This document shows, piece after piece, positions 1-13,600 of a DNA stretch of 64,000 nt. A program made the translations under genes and the position numbers. Within the stretch, counting starts at the first letter, position 1; every line of letters begins with the position of its first letter. Source of the DNA: Selaginella moellendorffii (taxonomy: Eukaryota; Plantae; Lycopodiophyta); the NCBI RefSeq assembly GCF_000143415.4, contig NW_003314294.1, positions 1,673,387 to 1,737,386 of the forward strand, in the 5' to 3' direction. The notes beneath the pieces are model-generated. The model was given only the letters and a program-made list of their open reading frames with translations, was not told the origin of the DNA and ran no database searches.

Positions 1-3000
1 TGCTTGGCTAGACAATATACATGCCATAAATGATGACTGGTGTCTATCCGATCAAATGGCTTCTGATATACCGTTCTATCTGCCATTTGGTTGATTTCTG
101 CAGCCACCTCTTGGACTGGCCGGTTCTCTATCACCATCGCTCCAAGCCGTTTTGCAAGGTCCCCCAGAACATATGGTTTCTTCTCCCTAGTTTCCATATT
201 GCAAGAGATGGGATGCACTGCATATGTGTGCGTGTTCGCTGTAGTTTTAATCGGCGAGTCATCGATGATGAGGATTTCACTTGACCTAGCAGTCTGGTTC
301 ATCACTATAGCCTCTGGCTTGACGAAGATGGGTTTGCTACCCCTCACATGGACCATAGTCAAGCAATCCTCCTACGTTAGGAGAAAGTCAAATGGTAATA
401 TTACTCGCGTCTGATCGTGCATCATCTGTAACAACATTAATGCATTGTGGCGCATCATGGATGTCCAAACTCCCAATTGCAAATTGAACCCGGCCCTCTA
501 TTTTAAGTGTCGCATGGTCATTATTAAATCCCGCAGTTTCTCCCGTGTGATTAATGTGAATCTGTTTCTTTTGACCAACTTGCGACCGCAGGCTTTGGAG
601 GGTGCAGTGACATTCGAGGACGAGCCACGCTCATGGGAGAAAAGGACACCGTTCAGATCAAAAATGATACAGTACCTTCGCTGTGACTTTGAAATGAAAT
701 GCGTCAGCATAAAAAATGGTACAAGTCAATTTTACCATCTACAATATTAGCAAATGGTGCTCCCGATGGTCGTTGAGAGGGTTTTGGTCGAGGAAACGTG
801 AAGGGCGGAAATACTCTCCTCTGCAATGTGGGATCAATCGCATCCGATGGCGTGTGGGCACATGCCATTTCAGCTGTAGACTCTGGTACAACTGGCTCAA
901 CAGTGGCATGGGGTGGTTCCGATGGCATGTGATCACACGCCATTTCAGCTGGTGCCTCCGTTGGCAAAGTGGACATGACCGAACAGGCAGCAGGGGCGGT
1001 ATAGGGAGGTTCCAACGGTGCGTAGTCAGACGATTGGGCACACGTTGAGTCCGTTGGAAATGAGGATACGACCGGCTCGGCGGCTGGGCCGGCCTCATAC
1101 GGGTCCAATGGCGCCTGGTCACCGTCAGTTGGATACGTGGACAAGATTGACTCAGTGGTATGGGCAACATCAAGTGGAGCGTGGTCAGCTTGCTTGGCGT
1201 TGATATGGATAGTAGCCTCCACCAGCTCTGATGACTCTTGCAGGCAAGTAGAGTCCACTGGCAGATCCATATGCATGTCCAAATATCTCCCTTCGATTGA
1301 GATGGTATCCTCCCGTGCTACTAAAAACAAACTCATTAGCACATTGAATCGACTATACTGTATTTACCATCAACTGCTATTGAGGAACTAGGACCGATAT
1401 CACTTGGGCGCACTGCTGATTCTGAAGGATTGGACATACGTTTCGACCCTTGCTTGGCACTATCCTTCCTTGACACTAAAGGCTAGAGTTTGTATCTTAA
1501 TTCAACTGAATAATCTCTACTTACCATTTGCTTTGCGACCTACATGGACAATGTTAGAAATGGTAAAAAGTTAGGAATGGATGTACTATTATTTACCTGA
1601 TGGTTTGTCTTGTATGACCTTCCTCCGCTGCTCTTTGGCCACCTCAGGCTGGCCATCGTCGTCATCATCATCGTCGTCGTTATTGTGATCGTCACCATTG
1701 TGAGGACCATCCAAGTCCTCTTCGTCCTCCTCTTCTTCGTCCTCCTCTTCTTTGTCCTCCTCTTCGTCCTTCTGCTCTTCCTGCTCATTATCTTTCTCTG
1801 GCTCCTCATCCCCCTCTTGCATTTCTTCCATAGGCTGCTCAGGCTGGATGGCTTGTTCTTCCAGGACCATCTTGGGAAAATCATCTGGCCGAGTCTCCAT
1901 CTCAAAATACAAGACATCCATAGCCTGTTTTAGTGCGTGACCTAGGACCGTATCCTCACCCGACTGTCTTAACATGGTTTCTGCACGTTCTTGCACCCTT
2001 CGAAGACGACGAGATGAGAAAAACGTGGCCCTGACTTGAAAAACATCCCTCATCCATTGTACCTCTCCATTGAGATTGGGGAAGGGGAGTCCACCATAGG
2101 AATCTGAGTCAGGAGGTGGTGACTGGCTGCTTTCACTCAGCCCTTGATCTGCAATGAATGGCATGAGCACACACGCCATAACCGCGAGGCATTACCTATC
2201 ATCTTTTCGTTGCCCTTCTTCCTTTTCGAATCAAACGCCTCTGATCTCGACGACTGTCCAACGTGCTTTCGCTTTTTATGACCATTGTCAGTTTGAGCTT
2301 GGCTGGTGCTTGCCTGTTTTGCCTTTGAAGAAGTGTCTCCTGCAAGNNNNNNNNNNNNNNNNNNNNNNNNNNNNNNNNNNNNNNNNNNNNNNNNNNNNNN
2401 NNNNNNNNNNNNNNNNNNNNNNNNNNNNNNNNNNNNNNNNNNNNNNNNNNNNNNNNNNNNNNNNNNNNNNNNNNNNNNNNNNNNNNNNNNNNNNNNNNNN
2501 NNNNNNNNNNNNNNNNNNNNNNNNNNNNNNNNNNNNNNNNNNNNNNNNNNNNNNNNNNNNNNNNNNNNNNNNNNNNNNNNNNNNNNNNNNNNNNNNNNNN
2601 NNNNNNNNNNNNNNNNNNNNNNNNNNNNNNNNNNNNNNNNNNNNNNNNNNNNNNNNNNNNNNNNNNNNNNNNNNNNNNNNNNNNNNNNNNNNNNNNNNNN
2701 NNNNNNNNNNNNNNCACCTCTTCAATGGAGTTTGTCACCGCAACACACGGGACACCCTTGAGTAGTGCGGCTCGAAAGAATAATCCGCCGCAGTTGTACT
2801 CGACAACGCATTTGCCCTTGGAGTCGGAAGCAGGTGACCCACCCGCTATTGTGTTGAAGACCCAACTGAGCATTTCCCATGCTACACCTGGAGCTTTCTC
2901 TGGATTCGAAAGCTCCATAGCCGTCTTCAGTTCCTCAGGCACGGGTAAATTGACCTCCCTCAGATCAATTCGATCGGCCTTGTCAAACGAAGCTGGGAAG

Positions 3001-5257
3001 TCACTCCAGTCCCACTTTGCTGCAGGACCAATAACAAGGGCGAGTGTGAAGATGCGGACATTCATCGGTATCTTCTTCTTAGCCATTATCCCATGGATCT
3101 CCCGCATCTCCTTGCCTTTCAATCGAGCCTTCACCTCATTCAAGGCCTTCCAGAACTTGTGATAGGATTCGGAGTCGTAGATCATATAGTGGACTGAAGA
3201 TTCCACCTCCACAAGTCCCACCATTAAGTCAAAGATGGAGCTGACTTCGTCTGCATGAGTGATCTCCTCATTTGTGAAGTCCATCACACAAAAGATGTTC
3301 TTGACCTGCTCATCTCCGCGGGAAACGATGCTCCTCCACCTTTGATCCTCATCCGAATTCACGTATACCCGGTAAGGTTCTCGATAGGCCTCTGCTGCGG
3401 GGTCAAGCTGTTTCTGAAGCCGGCGGTCGACATTCCTCTTAATGAAATTTGGATACTGATCCAACTTCTCAGCTTTACTTTTTGTGGCATCCCGCAGCAG
3501 ATCGATGAACTTGGGGGCCCCCTTCACGTACTCGTCGATGTCTTCATTTGACAACTCCAGCTCTTCCATCATCTCTTGCGTGGTGTCGATGCTCACCCTC
3601 TCCACGGCCACTTGCTCGAAGATCCAATCCTTCAATAGCGCACGAGCTCTCAGAGTCGTGCACAAGTCCTCGTATGTCACAATATGGCCGAGAGTCATTT
3701 TGGTCTTGTTGAAGACTACCTCACCACGTAGAAGAGCATTAGCCACTGTCAGAAGGTCATCGTCGTCTAGAGACCGCGAGAAACGCAAGGCGTTGAGCTT
3801 CAAATCATTGGGCTTCCGGCCGTCCTCCACACCCATTGAGTTTAGCAACTCCCCGTCATGGTACCTCCTCAGCACATCTACCCATTTGTCAAAAACAACT
3901 TTTGTCGCGAGTAGAATGTTATGGATGCTGAGTGTGTCATTGACCCCCAATGTTTTCGAGAGAAGACTCGAGAATTCCTGCAATGGAAATGGCATGAGGC
4001 CACATGCTATGCCACATGCAACGAGGCTTACTTGCCAGGCGCTAGTTGCTAGTGCACGTCCTTGTCCTAGTTTTTGTGGCTTCTTCAGTTGAACCCAAAG
4101 CTTCCGTGTTCGTGCCAATGTCTCGTGTAGACCCGATTTGTAGCACGTTTCTTGCTTGACATTCTGCGCATGGGAGATGTATATGATAGATCGGAGGGGC
4201 GAGTTGCCTTTTATCAGGTGGACAACTCTTGTCTTGAAGACTTTCTTCACCTCCTCACCCACCATAATATCCACAACTATCTCTTGCATCGCCAAGCTAG
4301 AATGTTGCCCGGAGACGGCATAGAACCGGATGTTCTGCTCGTCCAACACCTTCCTATTGATCAAGTCTGGAAACCTCGTCTCGCCCTTCATTGTTCGGTA
4401 GTAGGGGATCACGTCTGCGATGTCGGGTGTTACTGGACTTGCCAGCATCTTCTGCTTCAGTTTCTCCACCCACTCATCAGATACTAGCCTGTGGTTGTAT
4501 TTGCTTTGGATGTCGATGTGGCTCACGTCGATTGTATATACTTTGTTGGAATAGTAATAAGTACTATTATCTGCGACGATTTTTGCTGCCTCTTCTTGCT
4601 CTTTCTGCTCTTTGCGGCTCTTCTTTTTGGTGGGTGTAGTGTTCGAACCCGAGGCAATGGCATCACCGAGTAGCTTCTTTTTTGGAGCAGGAGAGTCGGA
4701 CGTCGGCTTGAGCTTGACCACCCTTTTCTGCTTCGGGGTAGTTTCCAGATCGACCCCCTTCCCCTTCGCTTCGCGAACTGGAGTCACTCTCAACGGCTCA
4801 ATGTTGGAATATAGTTTTTGAACATCGCCGTAGGTGAGGTCCGTGGATTCCATGTGATCTTCATAGACCTGCAGCGTCTTTGAAATTGTGGGCCTCCTGG
4901 ACAACCTCTCCCTAGCTCCCTCTAGGAATTCCTCATAGCCGCTGCCCCCCTCCAAGAAGCCGCTAGGATGTGCAAGGTGGATCTTGAAGGCGGACGCTGT
5001 CTCTACCACAAGTGTCAGTCCATATTCTTGCATGGAACTGCATGGACTGTCTGTCACTTGGATGAGGATCCCCATGCATTCTTTTCTCCCACCATCTGTG
5101 TTGTACAGCCTCAGATCCTCGCCTTCCATCCCGAAAGTCCAACTAGTGAGCTCCTCCCCCTTCTCTGCATCCACATAGACAGTGGCTAGAAGAAGAACGC
5201 AATTCCTCGCCTGTTCAGAAATGCACAACAATTAGAGCTGACAGATGAAAAGCTAGC
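1..5257 (-). pseudogene. Cargo gene, array unit 1 (ParB-like / MTase-like / linker / FCP1-like); gapped and internally deleted
   Basis: Near-identical to 8107-14296. ORFs 2199..5231, 1589..2179, 704..1342 and 498..710 are exons of it. Confidence 0.8.
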
Positions 5258-6099
5258 NNNNNNNNNNNNNNNNNNNNNNNNNNNNNNNNNNNNNNNNNNN
5301 NNNNNNNNNNNNNNNNNNNNNNNNNNNNNNNNNNNNNNNNNNNNNNNNNNNNNNNNNNNNNNNNNNNNNNNNNNNNNNNNNNNNNNNNNNNNNNNNNNNN
5401 NNNNNNNNNNNNNNNNNNNNNNNNNNNNNNNNNNNNNNNNNNNNNNNNNNNNNNNNNNNNNNNNNNNNNNNNNNNNNNNNNNNNNNNNNNNNNNNNNNNN
5501 NNNNNNNNNNNNNNNNNNNNNNNNNNNNNNNNNNNNNNNNNNNNNNNNNNNNNNNNNNNNNNNNNNNNNNNNNNNNNNNNNNNNNNNNNNNNNNNNNNNN
5601 NNNNNNNNNNNNNNNNNNNNNNNNNNNNNNNNNNNNNNNNNNNNNNNNNNNNNNNNNNNNNNNNNNNNNNNNNNNNNNNNNNNNNNNNNNNNNNNNNNNN
5701 NNNNNNNNNNNNNNNNNNNNNNNNNNNNNNNNNNNNNNNNNNNNNNNNNNNNNNNNNNNNNNNNNNNNNNNNNNNNNNNNNNNNNNNNNNNNNNNNNNNN
5801 NNNNNNNNNNNNNNNNNNNNNNNNNNNNNNNNNNNNNNNNNNNNNNNNNNNNNNNNNNNNNNNNNNNNNNNATCATTCCTCAGACTTGAGCGCCACCATT
5901 AATTTCTGGATCGCCACGCACATGCATGCACGTGAAATCCAAAAGAAATCCGCAACGTCATCATTCCTCGGACTGCATGCACGCAAAATCCAAAAGAAAG
6001 ATCATGATTGGGATATAATTTAATACCCTCGCTATATTTATACCATGCATGATTGGATATTCCATGTTGGATGATAAAGAGTTCATCAGATGGGACCAA

Positions 6100-6352
6100 G
6101 TCGAAGATCAAGTCCAAGACCGACTCAGAGACCGAGTTTGAGATAGAGTCCGAAATCGAGTCCGAGGCCGACTCGGGGACCGAGTTCGAGACCGAGTCCG
6201 AGATCCGAAATTGGGTCCGAGACTGAGTCCGAGGTCGAGTCCGAGGTCGGGTCCGAGATTGGGTCCGAGATCGAGTCCGAGATCGAATCCGAGACCAAAT
6301 CCGAAGTCGGATCCAAAATTGAGTCCGAGATCGAGCCAGAGACTAAGTCCAA
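6100..6352. repeat. Degenerate 6-bp tandem repeat (GAGTCC/GAGACC/GAGATC); also at about 15095-15346 and 30150-30495
   Basis: Directly visible periodicity; it produces the spurious SD-rich and PR-rich ORFs. Confidence 0.9.
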
Positions 6353-7194
6353 ATACTAATACGGGTCAAGGGGTGAAAGCCCAAAGCGTGCGTGTCCCAG
6401 GGGAGGGGGGGGTGGGGGGGGGCTGCAGGGGGTTCCAAAAGTATAGTAGGGATAGTGAGGTCTATGAACTAGTTTTGAAGGGACTCTCCAGTGGGGCTTC
6501 CAAACCGACTTGAGGTTGAGACTAGGACCGAGGGGCCTTTGGTGGGAGTGAGTATGGACTTGGGTGGTGTTGGAGGGGCCATCCAAGGAAGTGCTCAAGA
6601 GCAGCTCCCACTCCCGAAAGGGAAACCGGCTACGGTGCTCCCGGCTCATGTGGAGTGGTGCCCCACTTGAGTACCATGCGGCTCATTGGTCCTCGCCCTT
6701 CCTAGGGGCTTGGGCCTTCCTTCGGGATGGAAGTGGGGGGGTAGAGGTACCCATACCGGGCTGTTAGGCCACGGTGTTTCGCCCCGGCGTCCCGAAGCAA
6801 GTGTTGCACTCAAGACTTGGGATTTAGAGGGTCCCATGATCAAGTCTTGTGGTACCAAGGGATGTTAGGAACCTGGAAGCTTGGTGTGCTTGGCTGCTTG
6901 TGCTTGCGGGGAGTGTAGCCGAACCTTAAGTCCAATCTAACCCGGGGAGGGGGATTGGGAGAGATTGGGAATTCGTGGATGGATGGCTAATGCTCTGTTG
7001 CTCGTGTAATGAATAGCTGAAACCAAGTAGAACCAAGTAGGAGTTGGTACCATAGGTGAGAACCTTGGCGAGGGAACTTAGCAAAAGCCAAAGCAGTGTC
7101 GGACGGATAGACGAGGTAAGCTGGCAAATTGGAAAGGAAAAATTTGTGGCTTACAAAAGGATGGCATAGTCGCTGGGTTGCCAGTAAAGAGAGG

Positions 7195-7215
7195 TTTAGG
7201 GTTTAGGGTTTAGGG
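7195..7215 (+). repeat. (TTTAGGG)3 interstitial telomeric tract; duplicated at 16189-16209
   Basis: tttagggtttagggtttaggg read directly. Confidence 0.9.
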
Positions 7216-7666
7216 TTCATCCGGTTGGAAGAAAGTTGCTCTAGAAAAGCTAGTGTGTTGTTGGCAAATGGTCGTAAGGATATCTCGGAAACGGCATGTC
7301 CAAATGAGGTGGTGTCTTCTGCTGTTTATGCACTGTATATGTGTCCGTGGTATGGTGTAAATGTGACCTTAAATGGAGATGTGCACAATGGTGAAAGAAT
7401 GAAAGATGCAAAATGGGCATCTAGAGGTAAGTGCGGGCAATACTATTGGAAGTGATTGGTGATGGAACTATGAGTGTAGATGATATGGAATGGGTGTGGA
7501 AAATGTGTGGGTATATTTATGGTAAGGGAAGGGCCAAAGAACTTGGAACATAGACCGAGCCAAACAAGGAACCTCCATACAAACGGCAATGCAGCCTAAG
7601 CATGAAATCCAAGGCATGGGCTGCGTTTGAGCAGGGAAGGGCGAGAGAAAGCAATTTCAACCTAAA

Positions 7667-10600
7667 GCTCTATTTTGTTAAAGTGGGAATTGTCATTATC
7701 CCACTTGTAAAATAAGGTTTCCAAACCTTTATATAGTATATAAATATAACAAAATTCAACTGTATTGAGGCACATGCCATTTTATTTTAAACAAGGAAAT
7801 GTCTACTCAATCACTTCTCCTCCCCCTGCCACTGCTTTACCTCTCTCTTCTCCTTGTCATCGTCGTCCAATTTCTTTCCATCCTTTTAATATTGGCTCAG
7901 TTGCTCCGAGTCTAGGTGGAGCCCAAGTCCCCATTCAATCTTTACTTTCCCCTTATTAATAAAACAACTTCGTAGACTTCCAATAACATGCTGTAACACT
8001 TCTAGTATAATGCAAATCCTCTCAAAGAATTGTCTTTTAATATTAATACAATGGCATGGAACCCCATGCCATAATAAGTTACATTTTTAAATAAATACAT
8101 GCCATCTCAGACTATTATTTTTTGCCTCCAACGCCTATACAATAATCTTGGAATTTCATCACTCTCCACACTATCAGGATTTAAACCCAATAGTAATGCC
8201 ATCTCTTCTCTAATACGTCCATGCTCATGTTCAGTGGTCGAAGAACCCATTCGGTTGAGCAGATTATGGAGATGCGGATAGTGCTTGGCTAGACAATATA
8301 CATGCCATAAATGATGACTGGTGTCTATCCGATCAAATGGCTTCTGATATACCGTTCTATCTGCCATTTGGTTGATTTCTGCAGCCACCTCTTGGACTGG
8401 CCGGTTCTCTATCACCATCGCTCCAAGCCGTTTTGCAAGGTCCCCCAGAACATATGGTTTCTTCTCCCTAGTTTCCATATTGCAAGAGATGGGATGCACT
8501 GCATATGTGTGCGTGTTCGCTGTAGTTTTAATCGGCGAGTCATCGATGATGAGGATTTCACTTGACCTAGCAGTCTGGTTCATCACTATAGCCTCTGGCT
8601 TGACGAAGATGGGTTTGCTACCCCTCACATGGACCATAGTCAAGCAATCCTCCTACGTTAGGAGAAAGTCAAATGGTAATATTACTCGCGTCTGATCGTG
8701 CATCATCTGTAACAACGTTAATGCATTGTGGCGCATCATGGATGTCCAAACTCCCAATTGCAAATTGAACCCGGCCCTCTATTTTAAGTGTCGCATGGTC
8801 ATTATTAAATCCCGCAGTTTCTCCCGTGTGATTAATGTGAATCTGTTTCTTTTGACCAACTTGCGACCGCAGGCTTTGGAGGGTGCAGTGACATTCGAGG
8901 ACGAGCCACGCTCATGGGAGAAAAGGACACCGTTCAGATCAAAAATGATACAGTACCTTCGCTGTGACTTTGAAATGAAATGCGTCAGCATAAAAAATGG
9001 TACAAGTCAATTTTACCATCTACAATATTAGCAAATGGTGCTCCCGATGGTCGTTGAGAGGGTTTTGGTCGAGGAAACGTGAAGGGCGGAAATACTCTCC
9101 TCTGCAATGTGGGATCAATCGCATCCGATGGCGTGTGGGCACATGCCATTTCAGCTGTAGACTCTGGTACAACTGGCTCAACAGTGGCATGGGGTGGTTC
9201 CGATGGCATGTGATCACACGCCATTTCAGCTGGTGCCTCCGTTGGCAAAGTGGACATGACCGAACAGGCAGCAGGGGCGGTATAGGGAGGTTCCAACGGT
9301 GCGTAGTCAGACGATTGGGCACACGTTGAGTCCGTTGGAAATGAGGATACGACCGGCTCGGCGGCTGGGCCGGCCTCATATGGGTCCAATGGCGCCTGGT
9401 CACCGTCAGTTGGATACGTGGACAAGATTGACTCAGTGGTATGGGCAACATCAAGTGGAGCGTGGTCAGCTTGCTTGGCGTTGATATGGATAGTAGCCTC
9501 CACCAGCTCTGATGACTCTTGCAGGCAAGTAGAGTCCACTGGCAGATCCATATGCATGTCCAAATATCTCCCTTCGATTGAGATGGTATCCTCCCGTGCT
9601 ACTAAAAACAAACTCATTAGCACATTGAATCGACTATACTGTATTTACCATCAACTGCTATTGAGGAACTAGGACCGATATCACTTGGGCGCACTGCTGA
9701 TTCTGAAGGATTGGACATACATTTCGACCCTTGCTTGGCACTATCCTTCCTTGACACTAAAGGCTAGAGTTTGTATCTTAATTCAACTGAATAATCTCTA
9801 CTTACCATTTGCTTTGCGACCTACATGGACAATGTTAGAAATGGTAAAAAGTTAGGAATGGATGTACTATTATTTACCTGATGGTTTGTCTTGTATGACC
9901 TTCCTCCGCTGCTCTTTGGCCACCTCAGGCTGGCCATCGTCGTCATCATCATCGTCGTCGTTATTGTGATCGTCACCATTGTGAGGACCATCCAAGTCCT
10001 TTTCGTCCTCCTCTTCTTCGTCCTCCTCTTCTTTGTCCTCCTCTTCGTCCTTCTGCTCTTCCTGCTCATTATCTTTCTCTGGCTCCTCATCCCCCTCTTG
10101 CATTTCTTCCATAGGCTGCTCAGGCTGGATGGCTTGTTCTTCCAGGACCATCTTGGGAAAATCATCTGGCCGAGTCTCCATCTCAAAATACAAGACATCC
10201 ATAGCCTGTTTTAGTGCGTGACCTAGGACCGTATCCTCACCCGACTGTCTTAACATGGTTTCTGCACGTTCTTGCACCCTTCGAAGACGACGAGATGAGA
10301 AAAACGTGGCCCTGACTTGAAAAACATCCCTCATCCATTGTACCTCTCCATTGAGATTGGGGAAGGGGAGTCCACCATAGGAATCTGAGTCAGGAGGTGG
10401 TGACTGGCTGCTTTCACTCAGCCCTTGATCTGCAATGAATGGCATGAGCACACACGCCATAACCGCGAGGCATTACCTATCATCTTTTCGTTGCCCTTCT
10501 TCCTTTTCGAATCAAACGCCTCTGATCCCGACGACTGTCCAACATGCTTTCGCTTTTTATGACTACTGTTAGTTTGAGCTTGATCTGCAAGAAATGGCAT

Positions 10601-13600
10601 GAGGACCCACGCAATAACCATGACGCTTTATTTCCCGTCCTTGGAGGCTCTGTCATGCCTTCCGCATCCTCAGGTACCTGCTCCTCAATTCCCTTTTGCT
10701 TTCGTTTCTTATGTGCCCGTTCTACAGAAATAGCATGAGGACATACGCGATAAGCACACAAATGCTTTTACCCTTCCTCCTCTGCCCTGGTCGGTTGTCC
10801 ATCTCTTTGTCTACAGCGTCTGAAAGCTGTTTTGCAGGTAGCCTAATTCGAGGTTCACGACGTCTCCTTGGCAATTGAACTGTATATTATTGCATCAACA
10901 CATGCAACATCCCATAATATTTTTAAGTTACCTTTCATAAAGTTTTCCATTGGTTCAACTTGTTCCCCTGAAATACAAACTTAGATAAATGCATGGGGCC
11001 ATATGTCATGATCGTACCTGTTTCGGAACTCTCCTTATCACTCTCTGAGGCCTCCCCCTCCTCCACTGGAGGCACGTTATTCCATTCGATTTCCTCGACA
11101 CGATCTGCAAGAACATTAGTTAATTGCATGGGGCCACACGCCATCAAACCTTCAGGTTCTTGTCGTGAGGTCTGCGCTGCTTGCCCTAGTCTCTTTGGAA
11201 TTTGAGCTGCAAGAAGCAATGGCATGAGAAATCACGTATAACAAAAATGATTGGTACCTCTCGTCCGTTGTACTTGGCTGGTGCTTGCCTGTTTTGCCTT
11301 TGAAGAAGTGTCTCCTGCAAGGAATGGCATGAGACCACACGCCATTGCAAATATAATTTGTACCTCCTTTTTTCCTATTGCTTCTCTGTTTGTCCTTCTT
11401 CGACGCGCCACTAATGCGCTTTTCAGTCCTCGTGTCTGAATATTCACAACGATCTATAATCAAAATGGCGTGAGGCCTCACGTGACCTTACCTTGTGCAG
11501 GTTGTGAGCTCGGCCCAACATGGGTATCTTCAACAGTAGCTGTTAATGCCGTTTCAGCATCTGGGGGTAGCCACGCTCCTGCATACAGAGCTTGTGAGAT
11601 AACATTTAAACTTAAAGTGCGTACTCACCAGGTTCGCAGAGAAGATACTGTTTTTCTTTGGCAACTGTAACTATATGCTCCATTGAAGTCACCTCTTCAA
11701 TGGAGTTTGTCACCGCAACACACGGGACACCCTTGAGTAGTGCGGCTCGAAAGAATAATCCGCCGCAGTTGTACTCGACAACGCATTTGCCCTTGGAGTC
11801 GGAAGCAGGTGACCCACCCGCTATTGTGTTGAAGACCCAACTGAGCATTTCCCATGCTACACCTGGAGCTTTCTCTGGATTCGAAAGCTCCATAGCCGTC
11901 TTCAGTTCCTCAGGCACGGGTAAATTGACCTCCCTCAGATCAATTCGATCGGCCTTGTCAAACGAAGCTGGGAAGTCACTCCAGTCCCACTTTGCTGCAG
12001 GACCAATAACAAGGGCGAGTGTGAAGATGCGGACATTCATCGGTATCTTCTTCTTAGCCATTATCCCATGGATCTCCCGCATCTCCTTGCCTTTCAATCG
12101 AGCCTTCACCTCATTCAAGGCCTTCCAGAACTTGTGATAGGATTCGGAGTCGTAGATCATATAGTGGACTGAAGATTCCACCTCCACAAGTCCCACCATT
12201 AAGTCAAAGATGGAGCTGACTTCGTCTGCATGAGTGATCTCCTCATTTGTGAAGTCCATCACACAAAAGATGTTCTTGACCTGCTCATCTCCGCGGGAAA
12301 CGATGCTCCTCCACCTTTGATCCTCATCCGAATTCACGTATACCCGGTAAGGTTCTCGATAGGCCTCTGCTGCGGGGTCAAGCTGTTTCTGAAGCCGGCG
12401 GTCGACATTCCTCTTAATGAAATTTGGATACTGATCCAACTTCTCAGCTTTACTTTTTGTGGCATCCCGCAGCAGATCGATGAACTTGGGGGCCCCCTTC
12501 ACGTACTCGTCGATGTCTTCATTTGACAACTCCAGCTCTTCCATCATCTCTTGCGTGGTGTCGATGCTCACCCTCTCCACGGCCACTTGCTCGAAGATCC
12601 AATCCTTCAATAGCGCACGAGCTCTCAGAGTCGTGCACAAGTCCTCGTATGTCACAATATGGCCGAGAGTCATTTTGGTCTTGTTGAAGACTACCTCACC
12701 ACGTAGAAGAGCATTAGCCACTGTCAGAAGGTCATCGTCGTCTAGAGACCGCGAGAAACGCAAGGCGTTGAGCTTCAAATCATTGGGCTTCCGGCCGTCC
12801 TCCACACCCATTGAGTTTAGCAACTCCCCGTCATGGTACCTCCTCAGCACATCTACCCATTTGTCAAAAACAACTTTTGTCGCGAGTAGAATGTTATGGA
12901 TGCTGAGTGTGTCATTGACCCCCAATGTTTTCGAGAGAAGACTCGAGAATTCCTGCAATGGAAATGGCATGAGGCCACATGCTATGCCACATGCAACGAG
13001 GCTTACTTGCCAGGCGCTAGTTGCTAGTGCACGTCCTTGTCCTAGTTTTTGTGGCTTCTTCAGTTGAACCCAAAGCTTCCGTGTTCGTGCCAATGTCTCG
13101 TGTAGACCCGATTTGTAGCACGTTTCTTGCTTGACATTCTGCGCATGGGAGATGTATATGATAGATCGGAGGGGCGAGTTGCCTTTTATCAGGTGGACAA
13201 CTCTTGTCTTGAAGACTTTCTTCACCTCCTCACCCACCATAATATCCACAACTATCTCTTGCATCGCCAAGCTAGAATGTTGCCCGGAGACGGCATAGAA
13301 CCGGATGTTCTGCTCGTCCAACACCTTCCTATTGATCAAGTCTGGAAACCTCGTCTCGCCCTTCATTGTTCGGTAGTAGGGGATCACGTCTGCGATGTCG
13401 GGTGTTACTGGACTTGCCAGCATCTTCTGCTTCAGTTTCTCCACCCACTCATCAGATACTAGCCTGTGGTTGTATTTGCTTTGGATGTCGATGTGGCTCA
13501 CGTCGATTGTATATACTTTGTTGGAATAGTAATAAGTACTATTATCTGCGACGATTTTTGCTGCCTCTTCTTGCTCTTTCTGCTCTTTGCGGCTCTTCTT

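Larger units (their letters stand above)
6065..7666. mobile_element. LTR-derived fragment, related to the LTR-like region at 30092-32660
   Basis: Starts with TG (TGTTGG). Collinear similarity to about 30130-30990 and 31960-32480, including the GAGWCC-type hexamer tract and the GGGGTGAAAGCCCAAAGCGTG block. Confidence 0.75.

Noticed and set aside
2199-5231. 1,010-aa ORF, and X-filled ORFs at 2154-2765 and 5253-5876
   Set aside because: Artefacts of reading through N gaps; the real exon corresponds to the 864-aa frame in unit 2.
6125-6513. SD-rich and PR-rich ORFs (also 15119-15507, 30101-30610)
   Set aside because: By-products of a stop-poor hexamer repeat inside an LTR.
9891-10214. Very hydrophobic 'membrane protein' ORF (also 1610 and 18885)
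   Set aside because: Antisense shadow of the acidic E/D-rich cargo exon.
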